Notes under the pieces: model-generated
Seen by the model: the letters and a program-made list of their open reading frames with translations, nothing else
Database searches by the model: none
What the model was told of the DNA's origin: nothing
Translations under genes and position numbers: made by a program
DNA from: Alphaproteobacteria bacterium
GTDB taxonomy: Bacteria > Pseudomonadota > Alphaproteobacteria > UBA2966
Length of the DNA: 64,000 bases
NCBI GenBank assembly: GCA_964291395.2
Contig: OZ219856.1
Location: 768,001 to 832,000 of the forward strand
Direction of reading: 5' to 3'
Shown here: piece after piece, positions 1 to 10,652 of the stretch
Layout: each line of letters starts with the position of its first letter
Numbering within the stretch: position 1 is the first letter of the stretch

Positions 1-3000
1 CGGCCCCGGCCGCCCCCGCAGGGATGTCGATGCGGGCGCCGTCGGAGAAGACGACCCTGATCGCCCCGCCCGACAGGGTGGTGGTCGAGGAGATGTCGAT
101 GGATGTTCCGTCCGCGCCGTCCTGCACCGTGAAGCTGTCGCTTGACGCAGTTGTCGGTGTAGCGGATCGTCACCAGGCCTGTCGTCGAGCGGTCGATCGA
201 GCTGATGCCGACGCCGTCGGCGCCGTCCGCCAACGTGAAGGTCGCGGACGCCGAGCCGTCGTCGTAGGCCACCGTGACCACGCCGGTGGTGCTGTTGCGC
301 GTGATCGACCTGATGCCCCGCCCCGCCTGGCCGGCGCTGATGGTGAAGCTCGTCCCGTCCGAGAAGGTGACCGTCACGTTCCCTTCGGTGTCGGTCGCGA
401 AGCCGGCGGTGATGCTGGAGCCGTCCGCGCCGTCGACGACCGTGAAGGTATCCGTCGTGCCGTCGTCGAAGGTCAGCGTGACGACGCCGGTGTCCTCGTC
501 GCGCGAGACGCTGAGGATGCCCCTGCCTTCGAGCAGCGTGGGCGCCCCCCAGTTGAACTGCCGACCCGCCCCGGACGCGGACGCCGATGCTGACCCAGAT
601 GCGCCCCCGCCCGGCCGGCACGCTCGACACCCGGTCGTACCAGCCGGCCGGGACGCCGTTCGAGTTGGCCGGCTCCGCCGGCTTCGACGCCGCGCGCCTG
701 TAGATGATGTTGATGGCGCCCTCGTCGGACACCAGGACCGGCCCGACCCAGTCGTTCCCGTCCGCGTTCCAGGTGTCCCGGCGGGTGCCGTCGGCGGCCT
801 CGTCCGACGCGGTCGCCGTGATCGCCCAGACCGCCTCGCTCTGCGTGCGGCCGGGCCATGGGAACACCCATCCCGCAGGCGGCGTGAAGACCCCGGTGCG
901 GAAGTCGAAGGACCCTCTCGCTCCCGGGTTCGCCGGCGCCGCCGCGGTGACGCTCTGCTTGCGGTAGGCGGTGAGCTCCTTCCGGCTCACGGCGTCCTGG
1001 CCCTCGAGCTGGGTCGGCAGCCCCCACACGTAGTTCTCCGAGCCGCGCCGGCGGACGCCGATCGACACGTAGATGGGGTGGGCCCCCGCGGGCACGTCGC
1101 CGACGAGATCGTGCCAGCCGGCCGGTATCCCCTGGGAGGGAGCCGGGGCCTCCTCCGGCTGCGCCTCGAACCGCCTGTAGATGATGTTGAGGTCGTCGGC
1201 GTCCCCGACGACGACCGGTTCCGACCAGTCGTCCTCGTCAGGCGCTCCAGATGTCGCCCTCGCCCCGGTCGGCGGTGGCCGTGGAGGCATAGACGACCTG
1301 CGACCTGTCGTAGGCCGGGAACTTCGGCCCCACCCAGCCCGCCGGCGGGGTCAGGGCCCGCCCCGCGAAGTCGTAGCTGCCGCCGGTCGGGCGGTCGGGC
1401 GCCTCGGAGCCGGCCTCCTGCACCCTGTACACCTCGACTTCCTCGAAGTCCGTGCCCTTGCGCGGCAGCGGCCCCAGGGCGGCGGTCACGAACGTCGGAA
1501 GCGTCCGGCGGCCGTCGGCGAGGACGGCGGCGATGGCGAAGCGCCACGTCCCGGCGCCCGGGCGGTCCATGAACTCCGCCGGCGAGGACAGCAGCAGACC
1601 GTCGTGCAGGTCCGCCATGCTGTCCCATTCCGCTGCGGCGGCGGTCCCGTCCTCGGCGTAGCGGATGCGGTACCCGACCACGTCCGGCGACGGGTGCCGG
1701 CTCCAGGTCGCGATCCGCACGCCGAGCGCGTTGTCGGTGACGGAGAACCCGCCCACCGGCTCCAGGTGGGGATCGGCGGCGCCGGCGAGCGGGTTCCACG
1801 TCAGGTCGGCCGTCCGGTGCCCGTAGTAGGCGTCGACCTCGTCGCGGGCGATGAAGCGCAGCCGGTCCTCGCCGGCCGGCTCCTTGCCGGTGATCCGGAG
1901 CTTCACGAGGTCCGCCTCGGCCGTGAAGCACATGAAGCGGTAGGCGTGCGGGTCGTCGTCCACGCCCATGGGCGCGGCCGGCAGCGCCGCGTCCAGCACG
2001 ATCGCGCCGGCGCCGGCCCGCGTGTAGGCGCGCTTCAGGACCGCGTCGTCGAGGTCCCAGATCCAGGCGAACCCGTCGCCGGCGACGTCCCGCGAGAGCG
2101 TGCATGTGCGCCGGTCGGCCGAGATCGCCAGGAGGCGGCCGCCGGCGCCCGAGCCCACGAGGCCGTGGCTCATGCCGACGACGTCGCCGCGCGCGATGCC
2201 CATCCCCTCTCCGATGTGCATCTCCCAGCCGATCGTGCGGATGTGGTAGAACTGCGCCGCCACCGCCCGGTTGAGCTCCTTGGCCGCGTGGTCGCCGTCG
2301 GTGATGCCGTCGAGCTCGACCGTGACCGGCCGCTCCGGGGTCGCCGCGCCGGGCACCGAACGCCGGATCTGGTTGACCTGGTAATCGCTCGTCCGGTCGA
2401 TGAAGTTGCCGACCACCTCGTCGGCGAGTCCCTCGTTGTCGTAGGTGACCCCGAGGGTGCCTGCCACCACGTTGGCGGGCGTCACGAGCGACGTCATCGG
2501 CCGGCCGGCGTCCTCCCACAGCACTCCCCATTTGCCGGACTGCCTGTCTATCGCCCCCCAGCCGCACTGGCAGATGAGCTCGAGGGCGGCCGCGTGGTCG
2601 CGGCCGTCCTCGATGACGAGGTTGCACTCGAGGCCTTGCGCCCTGCAGTGCTCGGCGAAGCCCTGGATCGAGGGGAAGTCGATGCGGCTGTCGGGGAGGC
2701 CCATGCCGGCGACGAGCCGCCCGTCGATCCGCCAGCCCCGGAGGTAGCGGAGCAGCACGTCGCCGCAGTTCCCGGTGACCTGGCCGGGCACCCACCGCGT
2801 GCCGTCCCAATGGGCGGCCCGCTGCGAGGCGATGGCGTTGACCGCCTCCATCCGGCCGTAGAGCTGTCCCGTGGCCTTGGCCCGGACGGCGAGGGGATTG
2901 CGGCCGTCGAAGTCCGTCGCGTCGTCCTGGAACGCCCGGAAGGCGGCGACGCTGGCCCGGAAGATCAGGCGGTCGTCCTCCTCGTCGTGCTCGGTGAGCA

Positions 3001-4102
3001 GCGTGGCGCGCACGTCCCACGCCGCGGCGCGGCCGGTGGCGAACCTGAACGACCTGCGGACGGCGTTGCGCGCCTCGGCGCCGTCCGGTGTGACGAGGAC
3101 GAGGTCGCGCGACTGCCAGGGGCCCGCGGTGCCCGACTCCCGCCACTCGGCGCGGATCTCCGTATCGCGGCCGTCGAGGCTGCCGTTGCCCTGGGTGCGG
3201 AAGTGCTGCGCGGTGAGATCGAAGGCGACGGCCGTCGTGTCCGCGGCCGTCGTCCTCTGGAGCGGCGCGTCGTGCTCGAGGTCGCCGCCGGGGATGGTGT
3301 CGACGTTGCCGGCGACGAGCGTGACGCGGGAGACGTCCTGCTGGGTCCGGACGTCGTCGAAACTGCCGAAGGCGGTCTCGCCCATGTGCAGCGTGCCGAC
3401 GTCGAGGTCGCCGATCCCGAAATCGAAGATCTGATTCAGATACTGGTCGCCCTCCTCGTCGAACTCGGTGTATTCCCGCGCCGCGAGGTCCGGGAACACC
3501 CGGTGCGTGCCGAGCACGAGCTGGAGCGGCTCGTAGGGCCGCGCGCGGTTGGCGCCGCCGGAGATGCTGTACTGCGGCCTGGGCTGGCCGGTGTCCTGCG
3601 GTTTGGGCAGGCGGGGCGGGAACAGCGAGTTGACGATCAGCAGCCCGCCGAGGCCGATGGCCGCGGTGAGGAGCTGGCCGGCGATCGGTCTCCGCCGCCA
3701 CGATCGCCCGAACGAGCCGAAGCCGGCACCCAGAATGCCGCCCGCCAGGTACGGCGCCGCCACGAGCACCGCGATCGAGAGGATCACGGCGATGGGGTTG
3801 GAGCCCTCGCCGCCGGCGACGGCGGCGCGCACGTTGACGACGTCGCCCTCGCGCAAGGTGACGTCCCGCCACGCCGCGCGCGCGACGAGGGCGCCGTTGA
3901 CCGAGGCCACGGCCGGCTCCCACTCGGGCAGGCGGTCGCGGAACACCTCGTCGAGCGTCTGGCCCGCCACGGCGACGACCGCGCACCGGCCCTCGGTGGT
4001 GATCGGGTGCGGCCGGAAGTCGGCGAGGATCTCGGCGCCGGTCTTCGGACGGGACGCGTCATGCGTCCCGCGCATGTCGCGGGGCGGCATGGTCAGGTCC
4101 AT
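1..4102 (-). pseudogene. Phage tail tip / host-specificity protein (lambda J-like) with repeat-rich C-terminal extension; frameshifted, runs off window start
   Basis: ORF 1238..4102 has J-type N-terminus (QYSISGGANRARPYEPLQLVLGTHRVFPDLAA). Protein-like reading continues after apparent single-base insertions near 1240, 570 and 150 (WSA|DEDDWSEPVVVGDADDLNIIYRR; QFNWGAPTLLEGRGILSVSRD; SDSFTVQDGADG). Confidence 0.8.
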
Positions 4103-4482
4103 CTGTAGAATCCCACGAGCTCGAGGTTGACGGTCGCCAGCCGCCGCAGCGGCGTGAATATCGCCCCCGTCCCGGCGAGGTTGTGCAGGACCCACCCCTC
4201 GTTACCGGTCTCGGCATACACGCCGATGTGGCTCCCCAGCGACCGGCGGGAGCCGAGGACGCGCATCAGCACGGCGTCGTGCTCGCGCGGGCTCTCCGTG
4301 GGCACGGCCCATTCCGCGCCGAGCCCGGCCACCCGCTCGGGCGGCATCCGCCGCCACTCCCGCTCGGAGGGGAGCGCGATCTCGATGCCGAGCCGGTCGT
4401 GGACGACGTCGCGCACCAGGTCCGCGCAGTCGTACCTTCCCGCCTCCCACGGCCGCCCGAGATAGGCCTCCGTCCAGTGCAT
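4093..4482 (-). CDS. NlpC/P60-family tail tip protein (gpK-like)
   Basis: MHWTEAYLGRPW...YDCADLV...HIGVY...VLHN...GFYRW; catalytic Cys/His pattern; lies between DUF1833 gene and J. Confidence 0.85.
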   Translation of the reverse strand: MHWTEAYLGRPWEAGRYDCADLVRDVVHDRLGIEIALPSEREWRRMPPERVAGLGAEWAVPTESPREHDAVLMRVLGSRRSLGSHIGVYAETGNEGWVLHNLAGTGAIFTPLRRLATVNLELVGFYRWT

Positions 4483-6671
4483 CAGAACAGCCCCGGCGAG
4501 GTCGCGGGGTCGTGGCGCATGATCACGGCCGGCCGGCCGAAGATCGGCTCGTCGGTAAGCGAGACGGTGACGTACTCGTTCGTGACCTCCGCGACGCCGA
4601 CCGACATCTCGACCTCCCAGGCGACCACGCTTTCGTCGCCGTCCGCGACCGGCGGGATCAGCCGCAGCACCCGCATCGAGGCGCCGCGGCCGCCGTCCGA
4701 GGCATCGACCCATTCCATCAGCTCCTCGCCGACGTTGTCGATCCGCAGCACGGCGTTCCGGACCTCGCCCTCCCTGGATTGGGGCACCCGGGCGTGAAAG
4801 GCCAGCGGGATGTAGCGGTTGCCCTCGACGGTGTGCTCCGCGGTGTCCGCCACGATGCGGGCGGGCTCGGTGATGTCGGGATGCTCGATCTCCAGCGCGA
4901 ACACCTGGTCGCGCCCGGCGAGCGACCGGGCAGTCTCCCGCGCGGTGCCGGCGGCAGCCGGGTCGAGACCTGCGACCCGCCCGGCCGGCCGGCCGAGGCG
5001 GGCGCGGGCGGCCAGCGCCTCCCTCGGAACCGGGTCGACGAGCGCGATCGGACGACCGAGACGGGCGCGTGCGGCCAGCGCCGCCGGGTCCGCCTCGACG
5101 AGAACGACCGGGGGATCGAGGCGCGCGCGGGCGGCGATCGGCGCGGGGACCGCCTCGACCGCGGCAACCGGACGGTCGAGGGTTGCGCGCGCGGTCAGCT
5201 CCCCCGGAACCGCCTCGACTTCGGCGATCGGCCGGGCGGTGCGGGCGCGCACGACGATCGGCGCGGGGATGGCCTCGACCTCGGCGACCGGCCGGCCCAG
5301 GCGCGCACGCGCGGTCAGCGTCTCCGGGAGCGGCTCGACCAGTGCGACCGGGCGGCCGAGGCGGGCGCGGGCGGTGAGCGCCTCCGGCTCGGGATCGACG
5401 ACCCCGATCGGGCGGCCCAGGGCCGCGCGCGCGGTGAGGGGGTGCGGCAGGGCGCCTTCTGAGATGCGCAGGCGGGCGATGCCGGGCCGGGCGGTCAGGG
5501 GCCGGGGAACGGCCTCCACCTCGGCCGCCGGCCGCCCCAGGCGCGCCCGCGCCGTGAGGTCCCCGGCGGGCACCGGCATCAGCATGACCTCGCCGGAGAG
5601 CGTGCCGTCCAGGCCTCCCGCGACCGGCCCCTCGATGTCGAGAGGCGGATGGGGCCGCCAGAAGGCGACGATGAAGCGGATGCCCTCGACGATCGCGTGG
5701 AGGTCGGCCACGTGGCCGCTCTCGTCGAAGTTGGCGAAGTTCGGCCCGCCGCCCTGGTAGGGCAGCGTGAACTCGCCGGCGTCCCGGGTCTGGATCGTCA
5801 GGTTGAGGTCGGCGCCGGCGCCGCCCTCGTGGAGGAAGCCTCCCGCGCCTCCGAGGGCGTCGCCGCTCGGGTTGTCCCACAGGCGAAATTCCCGGCCGCC
5901 GCGCCGGATTCTGATCCGCGTGATCGACTGGCCGGGCCGGAGCTCGAGGTCGGAGCCCGCGTGGACCGTGCCTGCGGGGTCGCCGTTGTCGGCGTCGCGG
6001 TAGACGTCGTCCCGTTCGCCCGCCGTGATGAGCGCGAGCACGACCGTCCGGCGCCCGACGGTGTTGAATTCCCCGAGGGTCAGCTCGGCGGTGACGGTGC
6101 CGGAGAGCGCCCCCGAGAGCCCGCCGGCGATGGTGCCCGTGATCCGCAGCGGGACGTGGCCGAGGGTGACCGGGCCGGCGAGCGTTCCCGAGAGGCCGCC
6201 CGCGATCGTGCCGGTGATCTCGAGAGCCTGGTCGTCGTCCAGGACGGCGGTGAAGTCCGGGGTCCCGGTGAGGGCTGCGACGTTCGTCAGGAACGTTCGA
6301 AGCTCGGCCACCCTGCTGCCGACCAGCGTCCACGCATACGCCTCCGTCGGGTCTCGCAAATCCGCCCGCACGAGAGGGCTGTTGGGGCCGGGAATGACCA
6401 GTTCATGGCCTCCGACACTGACGATGAGCGCCTTGGCCGACTGTTCCCACTCTGCGGTAAGCTCGTCGCCTGACCAGTAGGGGTTTTCGGTCCGGCTCGA
6501 CCCGACGGCGACGTAGATGTCGCCATACGACTGGATATAGATCTCGCGCAGGCGGTAGCCGGACGCCCCGCCGGAGACGAGACCCGGGTCGATCGCGAGA
6601 TTGAATTGGAAACGCAGATCGGACGCCGTGCGCGTGATCGGCGCCGGAAGATCGAAGACCTGTCGTGCCAT
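4482..6671 (-). CDS. DUF1833-like tail tip protein with long N-terminal extension and 20-aa repeats
   Basis: C-terminal ~150 aa (FALEIEHPDITEPARIVAD...LRIDNVGEEL...DPATSPGLF) is typical of DUF1833; preceded by about 10 LTARARLGRPxAxVE repeats. Confidence 0.75.
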   Translation of the reverse strand: MARQVFDLPAPITRTASDLRFQFNLAIDPGLVSGGASGYRLREIYIQSYGDIYVAVGSSRTENPYWSGDELTAEWEQSAKALIVSVGGHELVIPGPNSPLVRADLRDPTEAYAWTLVGSRVAELRTFLTNVAALTGTPDFTAVLDDDQALEITGTIAGGLSGTLAGPVTLGHVPLRITGTIAGGLSGALSGTVTAELTLGEFNTVGRRTVVLALITAGERDDVYRDADNGDPAGTVHAGSDLELRPGQSITRIRIRRGGREFRLWDNPSGDALGGAGGFLHEGGAGADLNLTIQTRDAGEFTLPYQGGGPNFANFDESGHVADLHAIVEGIRFIVAFWRPHPPLDIEGPVAGGLDGTLSGEVMLMPVPAGDLTARARLGRPAAEVEAVPRPLTARPGIARLRISEGALPHPLTARAALGRPIGVVDPEPEALTARARLGRPVALVEPLPETLTARARLGRPVAEVEAIPAPIVVRARTARPIAEVEAVPGELTARATLDRPVAAVEAVPAPIAARARLDPPVVLVEADPAALAARARLGRPIALVDPVPREALAARARLGRPAGRVAGLDPAAAGTARETARSLAGRDQVFALEIEHPDITEPARIVADTAEHTVEGNRYIPLAFHARVPQSREGEVRNAVLRIDNVGEELMEWVDASDGGRGASMRVLRLIPPVADGDESVVAWEVEMSVGVAEVTNEYVTVSLTDEPIFGRPAVIMRHDPATSPGLF
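4975..5562 (-). repeat. Degenerate ~60-bp in-frame tandem repeat, about 10 units
   Basis: LTARAALGRPIGVVDPEPEA / LTARARLGRPVALVEPLPET / LTARARLGRPVAEVEAIPAP etc. Confidence 0.9.
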
Positions 6672-6704
6672 CGGGGACGGACCTCAGACCGGGAGCGGGC
6701 CGGG

Positions 6705-7097
6705 CTAGACCGTGATCCGGAACCCGTTGGCGATCTGCACCGGCTGGCCCTGCCGGGGCGCCGCGATGTCGGGGTACTGGAACCAGCCCGTGAGCTGGTT
6801 GCCGGCAACGGCCGCGTCGAAGAACGCGATGTGGGTGGCGTCCACGGCGTTCCCGGTGTTGGGCGTGTAGATCGTCACCGCCTTGTTGAAGGCGATCGAG
6901 GAGCCGTCCGCCGCCACCGTCAGGTCGGCCACCGGGATCTGCTTCCGCGCGTAGCCGTTGGCGGCCGCGATCTCGGCGACGGCCGTCCCCCCGGAGGGGA
7001 CCGCGCCGAGGGCCGCGTGGACGCCGGCGATCCGCTGGTTGGCGCCGGTCGCGAACAGGTCGCCGACCTTCTTCTTGAAATGGTTGGTCCAGGCCAT
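6705..7097 (-). CDS. Small virion/tail-associated protein
   Basis: 130 aa, E...GYARKQI...THIAFFDAAVAGN motif common in phage minor tail proteins; RBS GGAGG. Confidence 0.65.
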   Translation of the reverse strand: MAWTNHFKKKVGDLFATGANQRIAGVHAALGAVPSGGTAVAEIAAANGYARKQIPVADLTVAADGSSIAFNKAVTIYTPNTGNAVDATHIAFFDAAVAGNQLTGWFQYPDIAAPRQGQPVQIANGFRITV

Positions 7098-7114
7098 GGG
7101 GCTGCCTCCTTTGC

Positions 7115-7498
7115 CTAGCGGGCGAGCACGAGGTCGAGGGTGCCGGCGGCGATGCGGAACGGCCGGCCCGTCACCAGGGTCACCGGCGCCACCAGCTCCA
7201 TCCGCCCGTACCAGGTGTTGCCGAAGCGGATGCCGAGGTGGTTCACCACGGTGCCCGCCTCGGCGGCCGCCGGCGTGAAGACGTCGATGGCGTTGTCATT
7301 GTCGGACGTCGCCGCGTTCGCCGACCAGCCGGCCGCCGCCTCGGTGTGGCGGGCGTAGTTCCGGCCGGCGCCGGTCGCGAGCTCGTTGTCCGCGCCGGCC
7401 GCGCCGGGGTCGTCGGTGTGGACGCTGATGGTCACCGACCGGGTCGCGAGGTAGGCCGCCAGGAAGGCGAGCCCGCTGTCGTCTACTTGGGTGGTCAT
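7115..7498 (-). CDS. Small virion/tail-associated protein, paralog of neighbour
   Basis: SVHTDDPGAAGADNEL...NYAR...FRIAAGTL; RBS GGAGGAG. Confidence 0.65.
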   Translation of the reverse strand: MTTQVDDSGLAFLAAYLATRSVTISVHTDDPGAAGADNELATGAGRNYARHTEAAAGWSANAATSDNDNAIDVFTPAAAEAGTVVNHLGIRFGNTWYGRMELVAPVTLVTGRPFRIAAGTLDLVLAR

Positions 7499-7510
7499 AG
7501 TCTCCTCCGT

Positions 7511-7866
7511 CTAGTGAAACCCCTCGAGCTCCAGCTCGAAGTCCCATGTGCGCTTCGCCCGCCGCGCACCCGCGCGGTGTAGCGGATCGCCCCGGCGCCG
7601 CCCCGGACGCGCACGCGGCGCGTCACGGCGTCCTCGGTGTCGCGCCAGTCGAACCAGGCGTGCGCGCTCTCCCGCGCCCAGGCCCGGAAGCGCACCAGGT
7701 CCGCGTCCGAGGCGAGCCAGCCCCGCACGCGCCTGAGGTCGAGCGCGCGGGTGTGCCGCTTGCCCTGGCGGACCGCGCCGTCGTCGAACCTGGTGCGCGC
7801 GACGTCCGCATCCTGGCCGAGTCCGTAGCCGTCAGCCGCGACGTTCGCGTAGGCCGGCCAGGTCAC
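7511..7866 (-). pseudogene. Distal tail (gpM/Dit-like) protein with frameshift near its C-terminus
   Basis: MTWP...RTRFDDGAVRQ...WFDWRD directly after tape measure; natural-looking end KRTWDFELELEGFH* lies in another frame (stop 7511-7513). Confidence 0.65.
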
Positions 7867-10427
7867 GGCCGCCTCGACACGGCGTGGCGGAAGGCCTGCG
7901 TCACCGGGCCGTTCCCCCGGGCGTCGCGGAGCAGCACGGTGACGATGAACTTCTCGCCGTCCCAGCGGACGCCGTCGTCCGTGGCCTCCTGGGGGGTGCC
8001 GCCCTCGTTGATCAGCCGCACCTCGAGGTTGGGCGCCCCGCCCATGGCCCGCATCTGCTCCGGCGTGAACACGCCCTCGCCGCGGCGCAGGATCGCCGGG
8101 ACCTCGTCGGAGGCCAATCCGCCATGGGGGAAGCGCGGCGCGCCGGCGAAGGCGCGCGGGTCGACGCCGTGGCGCACGCTGCCGCCGGGGGCGCCGGCGA
8201 CGCCGCCCGCGTGGAGGAACAGGTGCCCGCCGACCTCGCTCACGCCGCGGAACGAGCCGCCGCCGAGGCCGAGCAGGCCGCCGAGGGCGGCCGAGAGCGG
8301 GCCGGTGATGGCCCGCTGGACGGCGATGCGCGCGAGGTCCGCGATGATGGAATCGGCGAGCGAGCGGAACTCGATCTCGCCGGTGCGCGCGAAGTTCACC
8401 AGCGCGTCCTCCATGCCGCGCGCGGCGTCGGCCGTCGCCCGCTCGATCTCGTCGAAGGTGTCGAGAGCGTCATCGGCATAGCGTGAGAGTGCGCCGGAGA
8501 TTGCCTCGCTCCCGCCCGCCGCCGCCCCGGCCTGGGCCTCGGCCACCTGCCGCGCGGCAGCGGTGATGTGCTCCGCCGCGATTCGGTGCACCTCCGCGGC
8601 GCGCTCGGCGTAGTCCTCATGGGCCGGCAGCAGCTCGCGTAGGGCCACCAGGGTCCCGGTCCGCCAGCGGTCGGTCTCGACGAGGGTGCGGTCGAACGGC
8701 GTCGCGAGGGCCAGTGCCATGTCCGCGAGCCCGCGCTCGAGGTCGGCGAGCCGCGCGGCCTCCTCCTCGTAACGCGCGCGGTCGCGTGCCGCGTCCTCCT
8801 CGGCGACCGCCTCGCGCTCGAGCCGCGCCTTCCGGCGCACCGCCAGGACCGCCACCTCGATCGCGGCCTCGTCGTGCTTGCCGGCCTGGCGGAGCGCCGC
8901 GAGTTCCTCGAGCTGCTGCCGCTCGGCCCGATCGACGAGGTGGATGCGGTCGAGGGTGAGCCGCGCGACCGCGTCCTCGGCGCGCCTGCGGATGGCGAGC
9001 ACAGCCGCCGCCCGCTCGGCGTCCCGCGCGGCATCGCCGTCGTCGCCTCCGCGCTGCTGCTGCAGCGGCGCCGGCGGGAAGGTGAAGTCGGGGTCGTCAG
9101 GCAGGATGGAGAGGACGCGGAATCGGGGCTCGAGGGCGGCGTCGCGCAGGCGCCGGAGCTCCTCGATCTGCCGGCGCAGCGGCTCGATGGTGCCGCGCCG
9201 CCTCCCCCGGGGATCCGGACGATCGGCCACTGCCTCCAGTCTGTCGATCCGCTCCTGAAGCCGGTCGATCTCTTGCGCCGCCCGGTTGGCGATCGCCTCG
9301 AGCGCCGCGGCGCCGGCGTCGCCGGAGGTCATCAGGCGGCGCTCGACCTCCTCCAGTTCGACGGCCGCCGTCCGCGCCAGGGTCAGGGTCGGCCTGGGGC
9401 CGCGCGGTCCTTGCGCCGGCCTATCGAGGGCATCGCGCAGCTCGATGTAGCGCTCCAGGTCGTGCTGCACGGCGTCGGGCACCGGGGTGTGGCCCGAGAG
9501 CGCATCGATGAACCGTGTGGCCAGGTCCGTGGCCTTCGCAAGATTTTCCAACAGGCCGGACCGGGCGAACGATTCCCGCAGCCGCTCGATGGCGTTACCG
9601 AGCCGGGCGAAGCTGGCCTCGGCGTCCTGCGTCGCGTAGGGGACGCCTTCGGCCACGTGCTCGCGCAGCGCCCGGGCGAAGCGCGGCAGGAACTCGTCGG
9701 ACAGCAGCTCGCCGGCGGCGAGCATGCGGTCGAGCTCGCGCGTCGATACGCCTATGGCGCGGGCTGCCACCTGGAAGGCGTCCGGCAGCCGCTCGCCGAG
9801 CTGCCCGCGCAGATCCTCGGCTGAGACCTTGCCTTTCGACATGATCTGCTCGAGGGCCAGCAGGGCGCCGGACTGCTGCTCGGCGCTGAGCCCCATGACC
9901 CGGCCGGCCTCGGCGACGGCGAGGAAGATCTCCCGGGTCGCCTGCCCCTCGAGCGCCGTCCCGCGCGAGGCGTTGGCGAGCCCGGAATAGGCGTTCGCCG
10001 TGGTGAGGAAGTCGATGCCGAGGCGGTCCGCTTCCCGGCGCACGAACTGCAGCTCGCGGGCGCCCGCGGCGATCGAGCCGGCGGCGAAGCGGAAGCGCCG
10101 GTCCAGGCGCTCGGCCGCCAGGCCGCTCTCGATCAGCGCCTCGGGGAGCTCGGCCAGCGTCGCAATCCCGCGCGAGAGCGCGGCGGCCGAAAGGCCGGCG
10201 GCGAAGTTCCCGAAAAATATGTCCATCCGCGACAGCGACCGGCTCGCTTTCCTGGCCTCGCGGTCGATGCGCTCGATGCCGCGGGCCGCTTGCCCGGCCT
10301 GCCTCCCCGCCCGCCCGGCGGCCGTGCCGGTGCCGCGCAGCTCCCTTTCCAGCCGGTCAAGTTGGCGGACCGCCTGGTTCAGGTCGGCGCGGACCCGGAG
10401 AGCGAGGTTGAGGTTGCGGTCGGGCAC
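7863..10427 (-). CDS. Tail tape measure protein
   Basis: 854 aa Ala/Arg-rich; ALEQIMSKGKVSAEDLRGQLGERLP motif; lambda-type C-terminus (MEDALVNFARTG...SIIADLARI; DEVPAILRRGEGV). Confidence 0.93.
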   Translation of the reverse strand: MPDRNLNLALRVRADLNQAVRQLDRLERELRGTGTAAGRAGRQAGQAARGIERIDREARKASRSLSRMDIFFGNFAAGLSAAALSRGIATLAELPEALIESGLAAERLDRRFRFAAGSIAAGARELQFVRREADRLGIDFLTTANAYSGLANASRGTALEGQATREIFLAVAEAGRVMGLSAEQQSGALLALEQIMSKGKVSAEDLRGQLGERLPDAFQVAARAIGVSTRELDRMLAAGELLSDEFLPRFARALREHVAEGVPYATQDAEASFARLGNAIERLRESFARSGLLENLAKATDLATRFIDALSGHTPVPDAVQHDLERYIELRDALDRPAQGPRGPRPTLTLARTAAVELEEVERRLMTSGDAGAAALEAIANRAAQEIDRLQERIDRLEAVADRPDPRGRRRGTIEPLRRQIEELRRLRDAALEPRFRVLSILPDDPDFTFPPAPLQQQRGGDDGDAARDAERAAAVLAIRRRAEDAVARLTLDRIHLVDRAERQQLEELAALRQAGKHDEAAIEVAVLAVRRKARLEREAVAEEDAARDRARYEEEAARLADLERGLADMALALATPFDRTLVETDRWRTGTLVALRELLPAHEDYAERAAEVHRIAAEHITAAARQVAEAQAGAAAGGSEAISGALSRYADDALDTFDEIERATADAARGMEDALVNFARTGEIEFRSLADSIIADLARIAVQRAITGPLSAALGGLLGLGGGSFRGVSEVGGHLFLHAGGVAGAPGGSVRHGVDPRAFAGAPRFPHGGLASDEVPAILRRGEGVFTPEQMRAMGGAPNLEVRLINEGGTPQEATDDGVRWDGEKFIVTVLLRDARGNGPVTQAFRHAVSRRP

Positions 10428-10448
10428 GTCAGCACCTATATGCGAAAC

Positions 10449-10571
10449 ATGAGCGAATACACCAGGGAATGGGCTCGGGTGGCGGCCCTCGCCATCGCTA
10501 TCGGGATCGGAGGCCCCGTCGCCTTCGCCGTCCTGATGGGCCTCGCCCTGTTCATGGTGTCGATCCTGTAG
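10449..10571 (+). CDS. 40-aa single-pass membrane protein antisense within the tail operon (moron-like)
   Basis: MSEYTREWARVAALAIAIGIGGPVAFAVLMGLALFMVSIL fills the chaperone-tape measure gap. Confidence 0.5.
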   Translation: MSEYTREWARVAALAIAIGIGGPVAFAVLMGLALFMVSIL

Positions 10572-10652
10572 CGAGCCAGGACGGCGGCCGCATTCGCCGG
10601 CGCTCCTCGCACCGCCAGAACGCCTCGATCTGCCGCCATGTCAAGCGGTCGC

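Noticed and set aside
4975-5562. CRISPR array
   Set aside because: Repeats are degenerate, in-frame protein repeats with no unique spacers and no cas genes.
987-6333. Long overlapping ORFs (999, 975, 746 aa and similar elsewhere)
   Set aside because: Arg/Gly/Pro-rich shadow frames typical of high-GC DNA, overlapping recognisable genes.
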